Of a DNA stretch of 64,000 nucleotides, positions 53,826-64,000 are shown in pieces. Source of the stretch: Escherichia coli. GTDB taxonomy: Bacteria > Pseudomonadota > Gammaproteobacteria > Enterobacterales > Enterobacteriaceae. The stretch's first letter is position 1. Each line of letters begins with the position of its first letter. Location of the stretch: assembly GCF_003019035.1 (NCBI RefSeq), contig NZ_CP027447.1; one strand, 5' to 3'. A model generated the notes under the pieces. It was not told the origin of the DNA. It saw only the letters and a program-made list of their open reading frames with translations, and ran no database searches. A program made the translations under genes and the position numbers.

Positions 53826-54637
53826 ATCTTGGCAGTTGAAGGTGCCGTTCGTCCGAGCGGCACCACGAGCGGAGTTCCGGCTACCGGATCGTCAATAATC
53901 ATGCAGCGCAGACCATAAATGCGCTCGATCAATTCAGCAGTGACAATCTCCTTCGGCGCTCCCTGAGCAACAATTTTCCCTTCCCGCAATGCAATCAAAT
54001 GGCTGGCGTAACGACAGGCCTGATTAAGATCGTGCAGCACCGCCGCCAGGGTATAGCCTTTCTCGCGGTTCAGTTCGCTTAACAGTTCCAGCAAATCAAT
54101 CTGATGACTGATATCCAGCCAGGTCGTGGGTTCATCGAGCAGCATAATCGCCGTTTCCTGGGCCAGCACCATCGCGATCCACGCTCGCTGGCGTTGTCCG
54201 CCAGAAAGGGTATCCACGCTTTGATCTGCCAGATGGGTGATTCCCGTGGCCTGCATCGCTTTTGTGACTGCCTCTTCATCTTCTTTCCGCCAGCGGGTAA
54301 ACAGCGGTTGATGCGGATAACGCCCACGCGCCACCAGCTCCTGCACGGTGATATCGCCCGGCGTGGTAGCATTTTGCGCCAACAGACCAATCCGCCGGGC
54401 AACTTCTTTACTGGCGTAATGTTGAATGTGCTCGCCATCCAGCCAGACATGCCCGTGAGCAGGCGTCATCAGGCGGCTTAAAGTACGCAGTAAAGTGGAT
54501 TTACCGCAGCCATTTGGCCCGATAATTGCCGTGAAGTGACCATCAGGTATTTCTACAGTCAGATTCTCCGCAACGGTATATTTGCCATATCCGAGGGTTA
54601 ACTGTTCGCCACGCAAACGGGCTACTGATTCGGTCAT
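53822..54637 (-). CDS. fepC: ferric enterobactin ABC transporter ATPase FepC
   Basis: The start MTESVARLRG... gives 271 aa. It has Walker A (GPNGCGKST), the LSGGQRQR signature and Walker B (LLLDEPT). There is a 4-nt overlap with the fepG stop. Confidence 0.96.
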   Translation of the reverse strand: MTESVARLRGEQLTLGYGKYTVAENLTVEIPDGHFTAIIGPNGCGKSTLLRTLSRLMTPAHGHVWLDGEHIQHYASKEVARRIGLLAQNATTPGDITVQELVARGRYPHQPLFTRWRKEDEEAVTKAMQATGITHLADQSVDTLSGGQRQRAWIAMVLAQETAIMLLDEPTTWLDISHQIDLLELLSELNREKGYTLAAVLHDLNQACRYASHLIALREGKIVAQGAPKEIVTAELIERIYGLRCMIIDDPVAGTPLVVPLGRTAPSTAKI

Positions 54638-55626
54638 TTTTTGCGAGACTCCTGAATTAACAAGACGATAAGGTAAATACCGCCGAGGCTGACGGTAACG
54701 ACGCCAACCGGAAGTTGATACGGCATAAACAGTTGTTGGGCGCAGAGATCGGCCGCCAGTAATAACAACGCCCCGCACAGCGCCGCCTGGGTCAGCCCCC
54801 AGCGAGCGGTGCCGCTAATGCGGCGGGCAATGTGTGGCGCGACTAAAGCAATAAAGGAAATCGGCCCCGCCAGGGCAGTGGCAGCTGCGGTAAGCACTAC
54901 GGCGACCAGCATCATTAACAGCCGCGAACGTTCGACGCTGACGCCCAGCGCACATGCGGTATCATCGCCCATTTCCAGCAAGCGCATTCGCCGCACCAGC
55001 AAGGCGGCGGCAATGAGCATCAATATAATGATGGGTGCGGAAGGCGAGGTTTTTGCCCACGTCAGGCCGTTGAGCGATCCGGCATTCCACAAACCCGCTG
55101 TTAGCGCCGTTTCTAAAGACGCTTTCAGCAACAGCCAGGTATTAAAGGCCACCAGCATGGCGCGAACACCGATACCGATAATAATCAACCGAAAGGTGTC
55201 GATACCGTTACGCCAGGCGAGCAGCCAGACCAGCAGCGAGGTGACAATACCCCCCGCCATTGCTGCCAGCGCGATAGCCGTCAGATCCTGACCAAACAGC
55301 ACCATCGCCACCAGTACGCCGCTCCACGCCCCGGTGTTAAAGCCCATTACGTCAGGGCTGCCGAGCGGGTTACGCATCAGCGACTGAAAAATCGCGCCGC
55401 TGACGCCCAGTGCCGCGCCAATCAACAGCGCCATCAGCACGCGTGGTAAACGCCATTCGGTGACCACCTTCGTCATACTGCGCGGCGCATCGCCCATCAG
55501 AGCGGCGAATACCTGCGAGGTTTCCAGCGTGACGGCACCGCTACGTAATCCCCAGATACCTGCAACCACACAGGCGGAAATCAGCAGCAAACAGGTGATG
55601 AGTAATCGGCGAGAGACGTAAATCAT
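54634..55626 (-). CDS. fepG: ferric enterobactin ABC transporter permease FepG
   Basis: 330-aa polytopic FecCD-family ORF, translationally coupled to fepD and fepC. Confidence 0.95.
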   Translation of the reverse strand: MIYVSRRLLITCLLLISACVVAGIWGLRSGAVTLETSQVFAALMGDAPRSMTKVVTEWRLPRVLMALLIGAALGVSGAIFQSLMRNPLGSPDVMGFNTGAWSGVLVAMVLFGQDLTAIALAAMAGGIVTSLLVWLLAWRNGIDTFRLIIIGIGVRAMLVAFNTWLLLKASLETALTAGLWNAGSLNGLTWAKTSPSAPIIILMLIAAALLVRRMRLLEMGDDTACALGVSVERSRLLMMLVAVVLTAAATALAGPISFIALVAPHIARRISGTARWGLTQAALCGALLLLAADLCAQQLFMPYQLPVGVVTVSLGGIYLIVLLIQESRKK

Positions 55627-56627
55627 GCACCACCTCGCGTTTTACGTCGCACGAGGAAGATCAGCACCGGTGCACCAATAAACGCACTGACCACAGAAAC
55701 GCGCAGCTCGCCGGGCACAATCACCCGCCCGATGATATCGGCAAACAGCAGCAGGGCAGGGGTAGCAAGTAGCGTGACGGGCAGCGACCAGCGATGATCG
55801 GCACCCACCAGCCAGCGCGCCATATGCGGCATCATCAGGCCAATAAAGGCAATCGGGCCAACTACCGCCGTCGCACTACCACAAAGCACGGTAATCGCCA
55901 GCAGGCCAATTAACTGCGTCCGTGCCACGCGACTACCCAGCGCCGTCGCGGTGTCGCTGCCGAGGCTTAAACTATTCAGCGCGCGGCTCAGTAATAGCGC
56001 GGTTGCTCCGGCGATCAGCACTGGGATCAGCACCACTTTTAAGGTGTGCAGATTACGAATATCCAGCGAACCGGCTTGCCAGAAACGCAACTGATCGTAG
56101 ACGTCAGGGTTGAGCAGGGCGATGCCGCTGGTCAGCCCTTCAAGCACCGCCGCCAGCGCCACGCCCGCCAGGGTTAAACGCACCGGACTTAACTGCCCGC
56201 CGCCCTGGCTGCCGGTAAAGGCAACAATCAACGAGGCCACCAGCGCCCCGGCGAAGGCCATCGCCAGTTGTTCCTGCGCGGATGAGTAACCAAACAGCGC
56301 AGCACCCAGCACAATGGCAAAGCTGGCTCCGGCGTTCACACCAAGCAAGCCGGGGTCGGCAAGTGGGTTTCGGGTGAGGGTTTGCATCAACGCCCCGGCA
56401 AGGCCAAGCGCACCGCCGGCCAGTAAACCGGCAAGGGTGCGCGGCAGTCGCGCGTCGAGCACGATGGTGCAGTCGGCGCTCTGGCAGGTGCCGGAGAGGG
56501 CCTCCAGCACTACGGAAGCGGGGAGTGATTTTGCCCCAATGAGCAGGCTTAATGCCGTCGCGATAATCAGTAATAACAGCAATCCGGGCACGGCAATGGC
56601 GCGTGTCACGGCAACAGAACCAGACAT
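55623..56627 (-). CDS. fepD: ferric enterobactin ABC transporter permease FepD
   Basis: The start MSGSVAVTRA... gives 334 aa. FecCD-family permease. Confidence 0.94.
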   Translation of the reverse strand: MSGSVAVTRAIAVPGLLLLLIIATALSLLIGAKSLPASVVLEALSGTCQSADCTIVLDARLPRTLAGLLAGGALGLAGALMQTLTRNPLADPGLLGVNAGASFAIVLGAALFGYSSAQEQLAMAFAGALVASLIVAFTGSQGGGQLSPVRLTLAGVALAAVLEGLTSGIALLNPDVYDQLRFWQAGSLDIRNLHTLKVVLIPVLIAGATALLLSRALNSLSLGSDTATALGSRVARTQLIGLLAITVLCGSATAVVGPIAFIGLMMPHMARWLVGADHRWSLPVTLLATPALLLFADIIGRVIVPGELRVSVVSAFIGAPVLIFLVRRKTRGGA

Positions 56628-56639
56628 ACGAACTTCCAT

Positions 56640-56658
56640 GATAATGAAATTAATTATC
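56640..56658. promoter_or_regulatory. Fur box in the fepDGC / entS divergent promoter
   Basis: GATAATGAAATTAATTATC matches the 19-bp consensus GATAATGATAATCATTATC at 16 of 19 positions (hand count). Confidence 0.8.
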
Positions 56659-56737
56659 GTTATCGATCTTATTTGGATATGTTAGCATGTGCAGCCCAAG
56701 AATAGGTATTTAAAATATTTGATGGCAAGGCATTGTA

Positions 56738-57988
56738 ATGAATAAACAATCCTGGCTGCTTAACCTCAGCCTGTTGAAAACGCACCCGGCGTTTCGCGCA
56801 GTATTCCTCGCTCGTTTTATCTCAATTGTGTCTCTGGGCTTGCTCGGCGTCGCGGTGCCGGTGCAGATCCAGATGATGACGCATTCTACCTGGCAGGTGG
56901 GGCTTTCGGTGACGCTGACCGGCGGCGCGATGTTTGTTGGCCTGATGGTCGGCGGTGTGCTGGCGGATCGCTATGAACGCAAAAAAGTGATTTTGCTGGC
57001 GCGCGGCACCTGTGGCATTGGCTTCATTGGACTGTGCCTGAACGCGCTGCTGCCGGAGCCGTCATTGCTGGCAATCTATTTACTTGGTTTATGGGATGGT
57101 TTTTTCGCATCGCTTGGCGTTACGGCGCTACTGGCGGCGACACCTGCACTGGTAGGGCGTGAAAACTTAATGCAGGCCGGGGCGATCACCATGTTGACCG
57201 TGCGTCTGGGATCGGTGATTTCGCCCATGATTGGCGGTTTATTGCTGGCGACCGGAGGCGTAGCCTGGAACTACGGACTGGCGGCGGCGGGCACGTTTAT
57301 TACCTTGCTACCGTTGTTAAGCCTTCCGGCGTTGCCACCACCGCCGCAGCCGCGTGAGCATCCGTTGAAATCATTACTGGCAGGATTTCGTTTTCTACTC
57401 GCCAGCCCGCTGGTGGGAGGGATTGCGTTGCTGGGTGGTTTATTGACGATGGCGAGCGCGGTGCGGGTCCTGTATCCGGCGATGGCTGACAACTGGCAGA
57501 TGTCGGCGGCACAGATTGGTTTTCTCTATGCGGCGATTCCGCTCGGCGCGGCTATTGGCGCGTTAACCAGCGGGAAGCTGGCACATAGCGCGCGACCAGG
57601 GTTATTGATGCTGCTCTCCACGCTGGGATCGTTCCTCGCCATTGGTCTGTTTGGCCTGATGCCGATGTGGATTTTAGGCGTGGTTTGTCTGGCGCTGTTC
57701 GGCTGGCTGAGCGCGGTCAGCTCACTGCTGCAATATACAATGCTGCAAACGCAAACCCCGGAAGCGATGTTAGGGCGGATTAACGGTTTGTGGACGGCGC
57801 AAAACGTGACGGGCGATGCCATAGGCGCGGCGCTGCTGGGCGGTTTGGGAGCGATGATGACACCGGTTGCTTCCGCAAGCGCGAGCGGTTTTGGTTTGTT
57901 GATTATCGGCGTGTTGTTATTGCTGGTGCTGGTGGAGTTGCGACGTTTTCGCCAGACGCCGCCGCAGATGACAGCGTCCGACAGTTAA
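56738..57988 (+). CDS. entS: MFS enterobactin exporter EntS
   Basis: 416-aa 12-TM ORF recognised as EntS (YbdA). Confidence 0.95.
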   Translation: MNKQSWLLNLSLLKTHPAFRAVFLARFISIVSLGLLGVAVPVQIQMMTHSTWQVGLSVTLTGGAMFVGLMVGGVLADRYERKKVILLARGTCGIGFIGLCLNALLPEPSLLAIYLLGLWDGFFASLGVTALLAATPALVGRENLMQAGAITMLTVRLGSVISPMIGGLLLATGGVAWNYGLAAAGTFITLLPLLSLPALPPPPQPREHPLKSLLAGFRFLLASPLVGGIALLGGLLTMASAVRVLYPAMADNWQMSAAQIGFLYAAIPLGAAIGALTSGKLAHSARPGLLMLLSTLGSFLAIGLFGLMPMWILGVVCLALFGWLSAVSSLLQYTMLQTQTPEAMLGRINGLWTAQNVTGDAIGAALLGGLGAMMTPVASASASGFGLLIIGVLLLLVLVELRRFRQTPPQMTASDS

Positions 57989-57991
57989 TGC

Positions 57992-58948
57992 TTAAAACAG
58001 CGCCTTAAGTCGTTCCAGCACTTGCATGGCGCTGTAGTAATCCAGGCGGAACGTCTCGGTTCCCAGCGCATAAACCTGCTTGTTTTGTACTGCAGGCAGG
58101 TGCGCGAGCAGTGGATTGGCATAAATCGCATCGGCATCTTTCTGATCACCAGCGAACAGGAATAGTGAATCGCCATTTAACCCTGCAGCCAGATTTTCTC
58201 CACCAAGCTGAATGATGTCATGGCGTTTGCCCTGGCTTTGGCTGGCGTTTAACCCTGCGGGCAATTTCGCCAACGTAAAGCCGAGTTGTTCCAGCATCTG
58301 CCCTTGTGCTGATTCCGGCGTCCAGAGATTGGCACTGTGTGCAGCGGCGGTATAGACAATGGCAGTGACCGGCTGCGGCGGTAATTTGATTTGCTCTTTC
58401 GCCGCCGCCAGTTGCTTATCAAACTGCGCAATCCGCTCTGCCGCTTGTTTCTCATGCCCGGTAATTTCGCCAAGCTGCGTTAACAGCGACTGCCAGCTTT
58501 TGTCGTCGTAATTGATGATTAATGTTGGGGCGATGGTAGAAAGCTGATCGTACAGCGCCAGCGCCGAATCCCCGCCGGTTGCGCTAATTAAAATCAGATC
58601 CGGCATTTGCGCGGCAACGGCTTCTGCACTCGGTTCGCCGATATAGAGCCGTTGCAGTTTGCGTTCTTTCGCCACCTTGCTCCACTGGCGTAAAAAGCCC
58701 TGGTCATCCGCGACGCGGTTATTTGGCGTGGTCGCGCCGCTGGCGATCACCGGAGCATCAATCGCCAGCAGTGAGCCGGTCAGGGTGACGCTGGTGGAAA
58801 CTATACGCTGCGGCTGGCTTTCCAGGGTATGAGTGCCACGGCTGTCAGTAATCTGACGCGGCCAGTCGGCGGCCTGAACTGCGGCTATTCCTGAAAGCAA
58901 AAGTCCTGTTAATAGAAGGGCGTTGCGGTAGAGCGGGGCGAGTCTCAC
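57992..58948 (-). CDS. fepB: periplasmic ferric enterobactin-binding protein FepB
   Basis: 318-aa ORF with a signal peptide. Cluster A substrate-binding protein, convergent with entS (3-nt gap). Confidence 0.95.
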   Translation of the reverse strand: MRLAPLYRNALLLTGLLLSGIAAVQAADWPRQITDSRGTHTLESQPQRIVSTSVTLTGSLLAIDAPVIASGATTPNNRVADDQGFLRQWSKVAKERKLQRLYIGEPSAEAVAAQMPDLILISATGGDSALALYDQLSTIAPTLIINYDDKSWQSLLTQLGEITGHEKQAAERIAQFDKQLAAAKEQIKLPPQPVTAIVYTAAAHSANLWTPESAQGQMLEQLGFTLAKLPAGLNASQSQGKRHDIIQLGGENLAAGLNGDSLFLFAGDQKDADAIYANPLLAHLPAVQNKQVYALGTETFRLDYYSAMQVLERLKALF

Positions 58949-59088
58949 AAGTCAGCTTCCTGTTATTAATGAAGTTAATGCTTCTCATTTTCATTGTAAC
59001 CACAAACAGATGCAACCCCGAGTTGCAGATTGCGTTATCTCAAGAGTTGACATAGTGCGCGTTTGCTTTTAGGTTAGCGACCGAAAAT

Positions 59089-59107
59089 ATAAATGATAAT
59101 CATTATT
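59089..59107. promoter_or_regulatory. Fur box in the fepB / entCEBAH divergent promoter
   Basis: ATAAATGATAATCATTATT matches the Fur consensus at 15 of 19 positions (hand count). It lies about 30 nt upstream of the entC start. Confidence 0.8.
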
Positions 59108-59136
59108 AAAGCCTTTATCATTTTGTGGAGGATGAT

Positions 59137-60312
<1,176 letters not shown>

Positions 60313-60321
60313 GGAGCGAGG

Positions 60322-61932
60322 ATGAGCATTCCATTCACCCGCTGGCCGGAAGAGTTTGCCCGTCGCTATCGGGAAAAAGGCTACTGGCAGGATTTGCCGC
60401 TGACCGACATTCTGACTCGCCACGCTGCGAGTGACAGCATCGCGGTTATCGACGGCGAGCGGCAGTTGAGTTACCGGGAGCTGAATCAGGCGGCGGATAA
60501 CCTCGCCTGTAGTTTGCGCCGTCAGGGCATTAAACTTGGTGAAACCGCGCTGGTACAACTGGGTAACGTCGCTGAACTTTACATTACCTTTTTCGCGCTG
60601 CTGAAACTGGGCGTTGCGCCGGTGCTGGCGCTGTTCAGCCATCAGCGTAGTGAACTGAACGCCTATGCCAGCCAGATTGAACCGGCGTTACTGATTGCCG
60701 ATCGCCAACATGCGCTATTTAGCGGGGATGATTTCCTCAACACATTTGTTGCAGAGCATTCTTCCATTCGCGTGGTGCAGCTGCTCAACGACAGCGGTGA
60801 GCATAACTTGCAGGATGCGATTAACCATCCGGCTGAGGATTTTACTGCCACACCGTCACCTGCCGATGAAGTGGCCTATTTTCAGCTTTCCGGCGGCACC
60901 ACCGGCACTCCGAAACTGATCCCGCGCACTCACAATGACTATTACTACAGCGTACGTCGTAGCGTCGAGATTTGTCAGTTCACGCAACAGACACGCTACC
61001 TGTGCGCGATCCCGGCGGCTCATAACTACGCCATGAGTTCACCGGGATCGTTGGGGGTATTTCTCGCTGGCGGCACTGTCGTTCTGGCTGCCGATCCTAG
61101 CGCCACGCTTTGCTTCCCATTGATTGAAAAACATCAGGTGAACGTCACCGCGCTGGTGCCACCGGCAGTCAGCCTGTGGTTGCAGGCGCTGACCGAAGGT
61201 GAAAGCCGGGCGCAGCTTGCCTCGCTGAAACTGTTGCAGGTCGGCGGCGCACGTCTTTCTGCCACCCTTGCGGCGCGTATTCCCGCTGAGATTGGCTGCC
61301 AGTTGCAGCAGGTGTTTGGCATGGCGGAAGGGCTGGTGAACTACACCCGACTTGATGATAGCGCGGAGAAAATTATCCATACCCAGGGTTACCCAATGTG
61401 TCCGGACGATGAAGTGTGGGTTGCCGATGCCGAAGGAAATCCACTGCCGCAAGGGGAAGTTGGACGCCTGATGACCCGCGGTCCGTACACCTTCCGTGGC
61501 TATTACAAAAGCCCGCAGCACAATGCCAGCGCCTTTGATGCCAACGGTTTTTACTGTTCCGGCGATCTGATCTCTATTGATCCAGAGGGGTACATCACCG
61601 TGCAGGGGCGCGAGAAAGATCAGATCAACCGTGGCGGTGAGAAGATCGCTGCCGAAGAGATCGAAAACCTGCTGCTGCGCCACCCGGCGGTGATCTACGC
61701 CGCACTGGTGAGCATGGAAGATGAGCTGATGGGCGAAAAAAGCTGTGCTTATCTGGTGGTAAAAGAGCCGCTGCGCGCGGTGCAGGTGCGTCGTTTCCTG
61801 CGTGAACAGGGTATTGCCGAATTTAAATTACCGGATCGCGTGGAGTGTGTGGATTCACTTCCGCTGACGGCGGTCGGGAAAGTCGATAAAAAACAATTAC
61901 GTCAGTGGCTGGCGTCACGCGCATCAGCCTGA
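60322..61932 (+). CDS. entE: 2,3-dihydroxybenzoate-AMP ligase EntE
   Basis: 536-aa ORF with adenylate-forming motifs ([21 protein letters not shown]-like SGDL). Confidence 0.96.
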   Translation: MSIPFTRWPEEFARRYREKGYWQDLPLTDILTRHAASDSIAVIDGERQLSYRELNQAADNLACSLRRQGIKLGETALVQLGNVAELYITFFALLKLGVAPVLALFSHQRSELNAYASQIEPALLIADRQHALFSGDDFLNTFVAEHSSIRVVQLLNDSGEHNLQDAINHPAEDFTATPSPADEVAYFQLSGGTTGTPKLIPRTHNDYYYSVRRSVEICQFTQQTRYLCAIPAAHNYAMSSPGSLGVFLAGGTVVLAADPSATLCFPLIEKHQVNVTALVPPAVSLWLQALTEGESRAQLASLKLLQVGGARLSATLAARIPAEIGCQLQQVFGMAEGLVNYTRLDDSAEKIIHTQGYPMCPDDEVWVADAEGNPLPQGEVGRLMTRGPYTFRGYYKSPQHNASAFDANGFYCSGDLISIDPEGYITVQGREKDQINRGGEKIAAEEIENLLLRHPAVIYAALVSMEDELMGEKSCAYLVVKEPLRAVQVRRFLREQGIAEFKLPDRVECVDSLPLTAVGKVDKKQLRQWLASRASA

Positions 61933-61945
61933 AGGAGAGAACACG

Positions 61946-62802
61946 ATGGCTATTCCAAAATTACAGGCTTACGCACTGCCGGAGTCTCACGATATTCCTA
62001 AGAATAAAGTCGACTGGGCCTTTGAACCGCAACGTGCCGCGTTGTTAATCCATGATATGCAGGACTATTTTGTCAGCTTCTGGGGTGAGAACTGCCCGAT
62101 GATGGAGCAGGTGATCGCGAATATTGCGGCACTACGCGACTACTGCAAACAGCACAATATCCCGGTTTATTACACCGCCCAGCCGAAAGAGCAGAGCGAT
62201 GAAGATCGGGCGCTGTTGAATGATATGTGGGGGCCAGGCCTGACCCGTTCGCCGGAACAGCAAAAGGTGGTGGATCGCCTGACGCCAGATGCCGACGACA
62301 CGGTGCTGGTGAAGTGGCGCTACAGCGCGTTTCATCGTTCCCCGCTGGAGCAAATGCTCAAAGAGAGTGGACGTAACCAGCTGATTATTACCGGGGTATA
62401 TGCCCACATTGGCTGTATGACCACCGCAACGGACGCATTTATGCGCGATATTAAACCGTTTATGGTGGCAGATGCGCTGGCCGATTTCAGCCGTGACGAG
62501 CATTTGATGTCGCTGAAATATGTGGCCGGACGTTCTGGTCGGGTGGTGATGACCGAAGAATTGCTGCCAGCACCTATCCCCGCCAGCAAAGCGGCGCTGC
62601 GTGAGGTGATCCTGCCGTTGCTGGACGAGTCCGATGAACCGTTCGATGACGACAACCTGATCGACTACGGTCTGGATTCGGTGCGGATGATGGCGCTGGC
62701 GGCGCGCTGGCGCAAAGTGCATGGCGATATCGACTTTGTCATGCTGGCGAAAAACCCGACCATCGACGCCTGGTGGAAGCTACTTTCCCGCGAGGTGAAA
62801 TA

Positions 62803-62803
<1 letters not shown>
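61946..62803 (+). CDS. entB: isochorismatase / aryl carrier protein EntB
   Basis: 285-aa ORF with an N-terminal isochorismatase domain and a C-terminal carrier domain (GLDSVRMMAL). Confidence 0.96.
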
Positions 62804-63965
<1,162 letters not shown>

Positions 63966-64000
63966 ACCCGACAGAATTATATGAGATTGCAGGAAAACTC

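Overview
This is an Escherichia coli chromosomal segment. By my recollection of the K-12 map and protein sequences, it is colinear with K-12 from lpxH to entH. The gene order is lpxH-ppiB-cysS-ybcI-ybcJ-folD, then the sfmACDHF fimbrial operon with fimZ, tRNA-Arg argU, envY-ybcH-nfrA-nfrB, cusSR/cusCFBA, pheP, ybdG(mscM), nfsB, ybdF, ybdJ, ybdK and hokE. It ends with the complete enterobactin cluster (entD, fepA, fes, ybdZ, entF, fepE, fepCGD, entS, fepB, entCEBAH), which has three Fur-box-bearing divergent promoters. Nearly all core genes have the K-12 length once the over-extended ORF-track starts are trimmed. Three structural differences from K-12 stand out. (1) An accessory island of about 10.4 kb (about 18.8-29.25 kb) lies between nfrB and cusS. 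It carries vgrG, a DUF1795/Eag-type chaperone, a 1617-aa prePAAR/PAAR-Rhs effector with a 147-aa AT-rich C-terminal toxin tip, an overlapping 129-aa putative immunity gene, a displaced orphan rhs 3' fragment, and an intact ISAs1-family (H-repeat) element. (2) argU is followed after 44 bp by envY, so the DLP12 prophage block, including appY and ompT, is absent. (3) No IS186 lies between hokE and entD, and the hokE mRNA 5'/3' pairing elements are both present. The most novel content is the Rhs toxin tip and its cognate immunity protein, neither of which I can place confidently in a family. No T6SS core genes, CRISPR arrays or rRNA genes occur in the window.
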